A DNA stretch of 64,000 nucleotides from Candidatus Poribacteria bacterium. Its GTDB lineage: Bacteria; Poribacteria; WGA-4E; WGA-3G. The translations under genes and the position numbers were made by a program. The stretch covers positions 192,001 through 256,000 of the forward strand of contig CAXXUA010000006.1 in assembly GCA_963663765.2 (NCBI GenBank), written 5' to 3'. This document shows positions 18,450-27,152 of this stretch, one piece after another. The notes beneath the pieces are model-generated. The model was not told the origin of the DNA. It was given only the letters and a program-made list of their open reading frames with translations, and did no database searches. Positions within the stretch are counted from its first letter, which is position 1, and every line of letters starts with the position of its first letter.

Positions 18450-20869
18450 GTTCGGAAAGTCCTTCCCGTTTGAAGGGAATTGAAACGATACTGGGAACAA
18501 TACGATCGGGCACACAATTCCTACGTTCGGAAAGTCCTTCCCGTTTGAAGGGAATTGAAACTGAGATAAATCCTTACTCGTGTCCCGAACACCATTGTTC
18601 GGAAAGTCCTTCCCGTTTGAAGGGAATTGAAACTCGTAACTTGGAATGGTGCAAAAACAGGATAATCTTCGTTCGGAAAGTCCTTCCCGTTTGAAGGGAA
18701 TTGAAACTTGAGCTTCATCTACAGGCTGACGCAAAGGCAGAATTGAGTTCGGAAAGTCCTTCCCGTTTGAAGGGAATTGAAACTTCTGCTTTCGCTTCTG
18801 CAATTAACTCTGCTTTTTCTGTTCGGAAAGTCCTTCCCGTTTGAAGGGAATTGAAACTTGGGACCTAAGTATAAAAACGTCACGCTGCTGGGTTGGCAGT
18901 TCGGAAAGTCCTTCCCGTTTGAAGGGAATTGAAACTCAAACATATCCAGTCTTCATTAGAAGACAAATTCATATTCACAGAACAGTTCGGAAAGTCCTTC
19001 CCGTTTGAAGGGAATTGAAACTTAATGTTCCAGCAGATGATTGCCCATCTCCCCATTTTGTTCGGAAAGTCCTTCCCGTTTGAAGGGAATTGAAACATCG
19101 GTAATTTTGACGTATTCGGTTTTATCTGTGAAGTTCGGAAAGTCCTTCCCGTTTGAAGGGAATTGAAACTCGGTCTGCCAGTTCCCATGCATCAATGGTT
19201 TCTTCGTTCGGAAAGTCATTCCCGTTTGAAGGGAATTGAAACTTTATTCTGGCTTCCATACACTCATGGCAGCAAAGTTCGGAAAGTCCTTCCCGTTTGA
19301 AGGGAATTGAAACTTCTTTTAATGCAACTGATAGAGGTTGCAAGTCGTTCGGAAAGTCCTTCCCGTTTGAAGGGAATTGAAACTATGCCCATATAGCAGG
19401 ATTCTTTTCCTCGCGTTTAGTTCTGAAAGACCTTCCCGTTTGAAGGGAATTGAAACACGATGTCGCCAGTGTACGTGTAATCAACATTTGTGTTCGGAAA
19501 GTCATTCCCGTTTGAAGGGAATTGAAACACACAGACGCTGATTGCGTCTTGTACGTTATAGAATGGTTCTGAAAGTCATTCCCGTTTGAAGGGAATTGAA
19601 ACCCGACCTGCACCAGGGTTGCCTCCACCTGAATCACTTTCGGGTTCTGAAAGTCATTCCCGTTTGAAGGGAATTGAAACTCAGGCGGAAAACACGTTAT
19701 GCTATACTTCGTCATTATGCGTTCTGAAAGTCCTTCCCGTTTGAAGGGAATTGAAACTTCATAATTTTTTCATAGCCAGGCACATATTTCAGTTCTGAAA
19801 GTCCTTCCCGTTTGAAGGGAATTGAAACTCAACTCCATCGGGCGTGGTCCACGCACTGAGGCAGTTCTGAAAGTCCTTCCCGCTTGAAGGGAATTGAAAC
19901 AATGTTCTGTTTGGTGTTGCAGTTACGCCTACATGTAAAGTTCGGAAAGTCCTTCCCGTTTGAAGGGAATTGAAACCGTGCGAGTACCAACCCTGCTGCC
20001 CTATGATGCCCACCGAGTTCTGAAAGTCCTTCCCGTTTGAAGGGAATTGAAACAGGATATACTCATAGTCAGGATCAGGAACAATAGAGTTCGGAAAGTC
20101 CTTCCCGTTTGAAGGGAATTGAAACTTTTTTGAAAATCTATATCTGCTGTAGCACTTGGATCAGTTCGGAAAGTCCTTCCCGTTTGAAGGGAATTGAAAC
20201 TTTGTTTTCTCTTCGTCCGTAAACGCATTCGTGTCATTGTTCTGAAAGTCCTTCCCGTTTGAAGGGAATTGAAACGCAACTTCTGCCTGCCTGCCCCACA
20301 TTTCAAGGGGTACAAAGTTCGGAAAGTCCTTCCCGTTTGAAGGGAATTGAAACTTAGCTTCCGATAGTGTAATCGCTTTTTCAACTGGTGTTCTGAAAGT
20401 CCTTCCCGTTTGAAGGGAATTGAAACCTAACGGCAAATTCACCATACAGAATATCAATAAAGTGTTCTGAAAGTCCTTCCCGTTTGAAGGGAATTGAAAC
20501 TACTCCGTTTCTGCATAATGATCATTGTAAATATTACGAAAGTTCTGAAAGTCCTTCCCGTTTGAAGGGAATTGAAACTCATCAACTTCCACTGTAACAT
20601 CGTTCAGCTTCCAGTTCTGAAAGTCCTTCCCGTTTGAAGGGAATTGAAACAGTTTTGTCAATAACTGGATAGACATATCAGCAAAGTTCTGAAAGTCCTT
20701 CCCGTTTGAAGGGAATTGAAACTCGGTTGTTAAACTCAACAAAATATCGGGGTTTTCGTTCAGAAAGTCCTTCCCGTTTGAAGGGAATTGAAACATAATA
20801 CATACACAGTATTACATCCCGCCCCCCTGCAAGTTCTGAAAGACCTTCCCGTTTGAAGGGAATTGAATC
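18450..20869 (+). CRISPR. CRISPR array 3: 33 repeats, 32 spacers
   Basis: Repeat GTTC(G/T)GAAAGTCCTTCCCGTTTGAAGGGAATTGAAAC; degenerate last repeat at 20833-20869. Confidence 0.98.
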
Positions 20870-21070
20870 TCGCCTCTACCACCCCTACCGTTAAATGCCG
20901 GGTGACTTGTTCTATATCTATTGAATCGAATAGTTCCCTTACAATTACAAATGTAGCACCCGCATCTCCACCAATGGCGTTATGTTAACATTATCGTTTA
21001 TTCCTGTGTTGATTTTTGTTTTATATCCCTTGTATCTGTATTATGTTAACGTTGTATAAGCCTATTGACA

Positions 21071-21739
21071 CAGGGTTATTCAGTTTTAAGAATCTATCGT
21101 TATGTCGGTTAACTTTGGGTTAAGATTAGTAATTTTATAGGATTTTTATGGTATTCTTGATTTTGGTCTGAAATAGGATTTTCAGTATTAGTAGATTATC
21201 AAGATATTTCTCATCAGATCCTATTCCAAAATAGGGCATAAACACATATCAAAAACCCTTGACGAGGTAAATCCTGAAAATCTGGTAATCCTGAAAATCC
21301 TGGTTCAGACAAAGAATGGGTTAACTCCCAAAAATAAGCTAACTCAAGGATCAACAACTGTGATAGAATTTACTCAATATATTAAAAACTGAATAACCCA
21401 GGATGAAACCAGGGTTATTCAGTTTTAAGAATCTATCGTTATTCCAGTTAACTTTGGGTTAAGATTAGTGATTATATAGGATTTTTATGGTATTCTTTAT
21501 TAGCGTCTGAACCAGGATTTTCAAGATTAGTAGATTATCAAGATTATCTCATCAAATCCTATTCCAAAAGTGAGCATAAACACATATCAAAAACCCTTGA
21601 CGAGGTAAATCCTGAAAATCTGGTAATCCTGAAAATCCTGGTTCAGACAAAGAATGGGTTAACACCCAAAAATAAGCTAACTCAAGGATTAACAAATGTG
21701 ATAGAATTTACTCAATAAATTGAAAACTGAATAACCCTG
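21071..21739. mobile_element. Tandem dimer of MITE family D (~330 bp units 21071-21401 and 21410-21739; TIR CAGGGTTATTCAGTTTT)
   Basis: Two near-identical non-coding units, each bounded by CAGGGTTATTCAGTTTT/AAAACTGAATAACCC with internal IR GTCTGAACCAGGATTTTC. Confidence 0.85.
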
Positions 21740-21822
21740 CACCCGCATAATTTTTCTTTACATCATTCTGAAAATTCAATATACTTTTAAACCCATGCAC
21801 TTGAAATATCTGCTATCCAAAA

Positions 21823-23700
21823 ATGAGAAACAAGAACTTCAATAGGAGGCGCACAATGCAAACCCCAACTTCTGCCCTTGAAGAAACCGGCATCGGTTCC
21901 ATCCACGTTGATCCAATTCCACCAACAGAAATAGATGATTCCCAACTCATCTACCACCAACTCTGTCCCGCTGACGATTTTGAGGAACTGGAAGGCAAAC
22001 CCTTCCATGTCAACGGCACGCATCTGGCTGTCTTCAAGAACAACGATAATTACTTTGCAGTTGACAACCGTTGTCCACACATGGGCTATCCAATGTCTAA
22101 AGGAAGTATTCGTGACGGTGTCCTAATCTGTCACTGGCATCACTGGGAATTTGACCTCAGATCCGGTGCCTGTTTCCTCGCTTCAGGGGATGATCTGAAA
22201 GCATTTCCGGTTGAAGTCCGAGAGGACGGTTATCTATACGTTGGATTAGCAAAAGGTGAAAGAGAAGCAGCAAAACAACGTGTCATCGCAAACGGCAAAC
22301 GTGCATTAGAGCGCGGACTAAAAGACCGAAGCACATTCTTCATTGCAAAAGCAGTTACTGCACTTCGTGACGCAGGTGCGCCACCAGCAGAGATTATTCA
22401 TCAGGGACTCCACTACGGTGCACACAAAAGCAGTGATGGTTGGTCGTCAGGTGTGGCAATCCTTACACTCGCTGCGAACATGTGGGACGATGTCGACCCA
22501 AATGACCATAATCTGTTCCTTGTCCACGGATTAAGCCAGATCAGCCGAAGAACTTCAGGAAGCGCAAGACCCTATCGCGCACCATTTCCACGAGTCAAAG
22601 AGGAGCACGACCTTGAAACACTGAAACGTTGGTTCCGTTATTTTATCAATAAACGCCACAGAGGTGCAGCAGAACGTATTCTACTCACACTAAATGACAG
22701 AGGTTTTGACAAATCTATCATCGCAGACTTCATTTACACTGCAGCAACCGACTATTACTTCACTGGTGACGGACACGCAGTTGATTTTGCAAATAAGATG
22801 TTTGAAGCATTGGAATATATTAACTGGGAAGAATCACACGAAATCTTGAGACCAATCGTCGTGGATTTGGTCAGTAGAACACGGCATGAGGAAACTTCAA
22901 GATGGGCAGACGCTGTACCTGTCCTTAGACCTGTGTTTAAGAGGATTGAGAGTATTTGGGAAGACAATCAAAATAACGAAGCAGAACTGGATATATCGGC
23001 ATTCTCACAAACACTGCTCGCAGACGACTTTGAACCCACAGTCGCCATAGTTGAGGAAGCACTCCGTAGCGGCGTCAAACCAACTGACATCTGCCGCGCA
23101 ATGACCTATGCATCAGCAGTGCGCACTGCACGATTCCATCTCAAAAACGAAGGTGACTGGCACGATGTCGCTAACATATACTCTTATGCACACGCACTTT
23201 ACAAAGCATTTCAATATGCACCAAGCGCAGATATGCTACGCGGTATATTCCACGGTGTGGTGTTCTTAGCATACATGCGTTGGTTGAACATGCCTGCTGC
23301 CCGTGTCCCTAAACCAGGGCAACGAATCCCAGATGAAACTTACACCTCACCAAAGAAAATGTTAGAACGTCTTCAAGAATTCGCTGACTTCCAAAAAGTC
23401 TATGAAGCAGAGATTTTGGTAAATCAGTATCTTGAAGAAGGACATGACGTTGATGCACTCAAGCAAACGCTTGCACATATCTTACTCCGTGAAGACGCTG
23501 AACTCCACATGTTCCAAGTGCTTGAAGTCGCCTTCAGACATTACGACCTGTCAGATGACTTTGAAGAACAACGCATGCATCTGTTGGCAGCGACACGTTA
23601 CATCACAGCACAAAAACTGATGAAGAACATCCTGTGGTCCACCGAAAACGCAGAACGACTCGCGCGCGGTGAACTACTCAGCGAACGCGACGATGACTAA
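21823..23700 (+). CDS. Rieske [2Fe-2S] domain fused to a large helical domain (start possibly ATG 21856)
   Basis: NRCPHMGYP...CHWHHWEFDL Rieske motif; AGGAGG before MQTPT. Confidence 0.85.
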   Translation: MRNKNFNRRRTMQTPTSALEETGIGSIHVDPIPPTEIDDSQLIYHQLCPADDFEELEGKPFHVNGTHLAVFKNNDNYFAVDNRCPHMGYPMSKGSIRDGVLICHWHHWEFDLRSGACFLASGDDLKAFPVEVREDGYLYVGLAKGEREAAKQRVIANGKRALERGLKDRSTFFIAKAVTALRDAGAPPAEIIHQGLHYGAHKSSDGWSSGVAILTLAANMWDDVDPNDHNLFLVHGLSQISRRTSGSARPYRAPFPRVKEEHDLETLKRWFRYFINKRHRGAAERILLTLNDRGFDKSIIADFIYTAATDYYFTGDGHAVDFANKMFEALEYINWEESHEILRPIVVDLVSRTRHEETSRWADAVPVLRPVFKRIESIWEDNQNNEAELDISAFSQTLLADDFEPTVAIVEEALRSGVKPTDICRAMTYASAVRTARFHLKNEGDWHDVANIYSYAHALYKAFQYAPSADMLRGIFHGVVFLAYMRWLNMPAARVPKPGQRIPDETYTSPKKMLERLQEFADFQKVYEAEILVNQYLEEGHDVDALKQTLAHILLREDAELHMFQVLEVAFRHYDLSDDFEEQRMHLLAATRYITAQKLMKNILWSTENAERLARGELLSERDDD

Positions 23701-23713
23701 TATCTATCAAGTA

Positions 23714-23943
23714 ATACCAATTCAAATAAATCTTGTCTCATTAAGGAATTCTACTGTTTACTGGCAGGGGGTTACTCTCTTCGGTAGGAGCGAACTCACG
23801 GTCGCGACCGGGAGGTCGCTCCTACCAGTGTTTACTGGCAGGGGGTTACTCTCTTCGGTAGGAGCGACCTCCCGGTCGCGACCGTGATGTCGTTCCTACC
23901 AGATTTCCGCTGCTAATGAGACATTATCACATGAAAATGGTAT
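23714..23943. mobile_element. MITE family A copy with duplicated REP-like core
   Basis: TIR ATACCAATTC/GAAAATGGTAT, inner IR GTCTCATTA/TAATGAGAC, GTAGGAGCG...CGCTCCTAC hairpins; other copies at 26328 and 31647. Confidence 0.85.
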
Positions 23944-23965
23944 AATAATCAATCAAGAGACATCC

Positions 23966-25249
23966 ATGACAGAAAATCATACACAACATACTACAATGAC
24001 CAACCAACAGTCGATTTCTGATAACCATTCAAGACGGGGTTTTCTTACCAAGGTAGGTAAGGCAACACTTCTCACGAGTTTAGGCATGTTTGGCGCAGGT
24101 TGTGATGCAGTCAAACGGGGTTTGTTAGATAGAGAACTCATGCCTGTTGTCACGGAAGACCTGACAGCAGCAGATCTTCCAAAAACAGGCATGCTTGTCC
24201 ATTCTAATCACCCCTTTAATGGTGAGTTTCATCCACATCTCCTCAATGACGATGTTACACCTACAGCACGGCATTTCGTTCGCAATAACGACAGCCTGCC
24301 AAAACGAGCAATTACAAGAGATTTAAACGAATGGAAATTAGTTATTGATGGTGAAGTACATAAAGAACTTGCTTTAACGATGGATGATTTACTACGTTAT
24401 CCGCAAGTGACCATGCAGATAGTTCTGGAATGCGCAGGAAATGGTAGAAGTCTATTCGATCCTATGGTTGATGGCAATCCATGGGAACGCGGAGCAGTCG
24501 CCTGTAGTGAATGGACCGGTGTACGATTGCGTGATGTCTTACAAGCATCTGGTGTAAAACCAAGTGCCGTTTATACCGGAAACTACGGAGACGATGTCTC
24601 CACCGATGGAAGTGAGCAATTCTCACGTGGAATCCCAATTGAAAAAGCAATGGATGAACACACACTCATCGCTCTTAGAATGAATGGAGAAGTGCTACCC
24701 GCAGCACACGGATTCCCAGCAAGATTGATTGTCCCCGGGTGGATCGGTAGTGCTATGCAGAAATGGCTAAACCGTATCTGGATAAGAGATCGGATTCACG
24801 ACTCAGAAAAAATGAGTGAATATGCATATCGAATCCCAGCGTATCCTGTAGAACCCGGTGTTATCCCACCCATAGAGGATATGATAATAGCAACATCGTT
24901 GCGGGTAAAGTCGCTCATCACACAACCTGAACCACTTCAGAAATTCAACATAGACACACCATTAAAGATACGAGGACACGCTTGGGCAGGAGAAAACCTA
25001 ATTGAAAAAGTCCTCGTCTCTACCGATTTCGGTATCCAATGGGAAGAAACACAGCTGATGCAACCCACAAATAAATACGCGTGGTACCATTGGCAAACAG
25101 AACTCAACTTTAGGAACAGAGGGTATTATGAAATCTGGGCACGCGCTAATGATGATAAAGGTAACGTGCAACCATTCACCCAACCGTGGAACCCAAAAGG
25201 ATACCTCGGTAATGCCATTCACAGACTACCTATAACTATAACAGCATAA
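23966..25249 (+). CDS. Sulfite oxidase family molybdoenzyme, Tat signal, possible lipoprotein
   Basis: SRRGFL Tat motif, GAGC lipobox-like, LECAGNGR, HGFPARLIVPGWIG, WNPKGYLGN. Confidence 0.9.
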   Translation: MTENHTQHTTMTNQQSISDNHSRRGFLTKVGKATLLTSLGMFGAGCDAVKRGLLDRELMPVVTEDLTAADLPKTGMLVHSNHPFNGEFHPHLLNDDVTPTARHFVRNNDSLPKRAITRDLNEWKLVIDGEVHKELALTMDDLLRYPQVTMQIVLECAGNGRSLFDPMVDGNPWERGAVACSEWTGVRLRDVLQASGVKPSAVYTGNYGDDVSTDGSEQFSRGIPIEKAMDEHTLIALRMNGEVLPAAHGFPARLIVPGWIGSAMQKWLNRIWIRDRIHDSEKMSEYAYRIPAYPVEPGVIPPIEDMIIATSLRVKSLITQPEPLQKFNIDTPLKIRGHAWAGENLIEKVLVSTDFGIQWEETQLMQPTNKYAWYHWQTELNFRNRGYYEIWARANDDKGNVQPFTQPWNPKGYLGNAIHRLPITITA

Positions 25250-25265
25250 AGCAAAAGGACTTATT

Positions 25266-25748
25266 ATGAAACTTGGTGTCATGTCCGACAGTCACGACAA
25301 CATTCCAAATGTCAAACGCGCTGTCGCACTCTTCAACGAAATCGGGGTAGACCTTGTCGTCCATGCAGGTGATTTTATCGCACCTTTTGCAGTTGACCCA
25401 TTAGCCGATTTAAACTGTAAAGTCGTCGCTGTTTTTGGTAACAATGACGGTGAACGTGTCGTCCTCGTAAAAAAGTTTGAACCTATCGGAGAGGTGCATC
25501 CCAACCTTGCCAGCGCAACACTCGGTGACAGAACCATCGCTGTGATGCACTATCCTGAACTCGCCATCCCAATAGCAAAGAGTGGTGAATACGACATCGT
25601 CATCTATGGACACACACACAAAATAGACATCCAAAAAGAAGCAGCGCTTTTACTCAACCCAGGTGAAACAGGGGGTTGGACAACAGGAAAAGCAACAGTT
25701 GCTGTCGTAGAAATAGATACGCTTGAAACGAAAATACATGAAATTTGA
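25266..25748 (+). CDS. YfcE/MJ0936-like metallophosphoesterase
   Basis: SDSHD, HAGD, GNND, GHTH, LNPGE. Confidence 0.93.
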   Translation: MKLGVMSDSHDNIPNVKRAVALFNEIGVDLVVHAGDFIAPFAVDPLADLNCKVVAVFGNNDGERVVLVKKFEPIGEVHPNLASATLGDRTIAVMHYPELAIPIAKSGEYDIVIYGHTHKIDIQKEAALLLNPGETGGWTTGKATVAVVEIDTLETKIHEI

Positions 25749-25794
25749 TAAGGTTGTTCGTTCGTGTTTCTGTTTTATGGCATTTACACGGTTC

Positions 25795-26310
25795 TTATGA
25801 AAAGAGATGCTTTGCTGCGTCTAAGCCTTTTAGGGAATCCGCCACCTCAACCATTCTATCCCAATATTTGCATTCTTGGCCAGGTTCAGGGATTAACGTC
25901 TTATCCATTGCTTCAAAAGAAGTATTGCTACAGGACATCAATATTCTTCCGTATTTGAGTTGATTCGCTTTTAATTCTGTGGGATGTTCCTCTCCAAAAT
26001 GAATGTTTGACCAGTGAACGCGCAATTCTTGTTGTATGACAGAATCTAACAACATGATCTCTCGTAAAGTTCCATCAGCGATCAGCATACGCATCACTGA
26101 AACTTGTTTCGGATCAGGATACAACTTCAAAAATGGTGTCTTTTCTGATACATAAGCTATCTGTTCTGCTGATGTAGAATAAGCAAGTCGAGATTCTATT
26201 CCTACAGCTGCAGCTCTCAAAATACCATCTGCATAAGCAATACGTTTCAAACCAACGGCTTCAAGTATATAAATGTCTTCATGTAAATCTACAAATTCAT
26301 CATTCTTCAA
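25795..26310 (-). CDS. Hypothetical protein (171 aa)
   Basis: Fills the intergenic gap, GGAG RBS upstream of a TTG start; no motif recognised. Confidence 0.65.
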   Translation of the reverse strand: MKNDEFVDLHEDIYILEAVGLKRIAYADGILRAAAVGIESRLAYSTSAEQIAYVSEKTPFLKLYPDPKQVSVMRMLIADGTLREIMLLDSVIQQELRVHWSNIHFGEEHPTELKANQLKYGRILMSCSNTSFEAMDKTLIPEPGQECKYWDRMVEVADSLKGLDAAKHLFS

Positions 26311-26327
26311 AATTAAGCTCCTTTGTT

Positions 26328-26483
26328 ATACCAATTCAAATAAATCTTGTCTCATTAAGGAATTCTACTGTTTACTGGCAGGGGGTTACTCTCTTCGGTA
26401 GGAGCGACCTCCCGGTCGCGACCGTGAAATCGCTCCTACCAGATTTCCGCTGCTAATGAGACATTATCACATGGAAATGGTAT
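26328..26483. mobile_element. MITE family A copy (156 bp)
   Basis: Near-identical to the 31647-31802 and 23714 copies. Confidence 0.88.
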
Positions 26484-26561
26484 TACATGGCAAATGGAAT
26501 GTTTGCAATGCAATTATAAGAGACCATACTACGAATAGGTCGTTCCCATGGAAACACAGTA

Positions 26562-27098
26562 ATGCAACATCATCTCGGTATTTTTACACAACCGTTGCTC
26601 GATCTTATCTTAATGGGAAGGAAAACAATTGATAGTCGATTCTCAAAAATTCGGTGTGCGCCATATCTCAAAGTTAATACTGGAGATCTTGTCTACTTGA
26701 AGGAAAGTGGCGGATATGTCAAAGGACAATTCACTGCATCCAAAGTGGAAACTTACACAGACTTGACTCCCGAACTGCTTCACGATATTTGTAGAAGTTA
26801 TCATCGTCAAATTTTTGTCAATACACATTATCAAGATTTTTGGGAAAAGTGGACCGTCTCAAAATATGCAACTCTCATTCACATCGAAAATGTAATTGCA
26901 TATCAAAACCCGTTTTCAATCCAGAAAAAGGATGCGCGTGCTTGGGTGGTATTAGATCAACCACATAGGTGTCAACTTAAGAAAAAAGTGTTGGCATATT
27001 CTCTTGTGGGAGGGGTTTGTAACCCCGATTTGAGTGGAAATGAACATAAAATCGGGGTTGCAAACCCCTCCCACAAGAGGTCAGAATCCTTAAGTTGA
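26562..27098 (+). CDS. ASCH/PUA-like domain protein with MITE-derived C-terminal extension
   Basis: LDLILMGRKTIDSRF, GDLVYLKE; last ~44 codons lie inside a MITE. Confidence 0.8.
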   Translation: MQHHLGIFTQPLLDLILMGRKTIDSRFSKIRCAPYLKVNTGDLVYLKESGGYVKGQFTASKVETYTDLTPELLHDICRSYHRQIFVNTHYQDFWEKWTVSKYATLIHIENVIAYQNPFSIQKKDARAWVVLDQPHRCQLKKKVLAYSLVGGVCNPDLSGNEHKIGVANPSHKRSESLS

Positions 27099-27106
27099 CA
27101 CCTATG
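26964..27106. mobile_element. MITE (TIR CATAGGTGTCAACTTAAG) with a 19-bp target duplication
   Basis: Perfect 18-bp TIRs; GGTGGTATTAGATCAACCA at 26945-63 and 27107-25; internal GTGGGAGGGG...CCCCTCCCAC hairpin. Confidence 0.92.
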
Positions 27107-27152
27107 GGTGGTATTAGATCAACCACTTCCTGACAACTGATAGATGCTGATT

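Noticed and set aside
14253-20796. Many short ORFs with FQFPSNGK / VSIPFKREGLS / FNSLQTGR repeats
   Set aside because: They are translations of CRISPR repeats and leaders, not genes.
1-20869. Self-targeting spacers within the window
   Set aside because: None seen by eye; an exhaustive alignment was not possible, so this is unconfirmed rather than excluded.
21071-21739. Possible additional CRISPR array or structured ncRNA
   Set aside because: No regular repeat-spacer period; TIR-bounded duplicated units fit MITEs.
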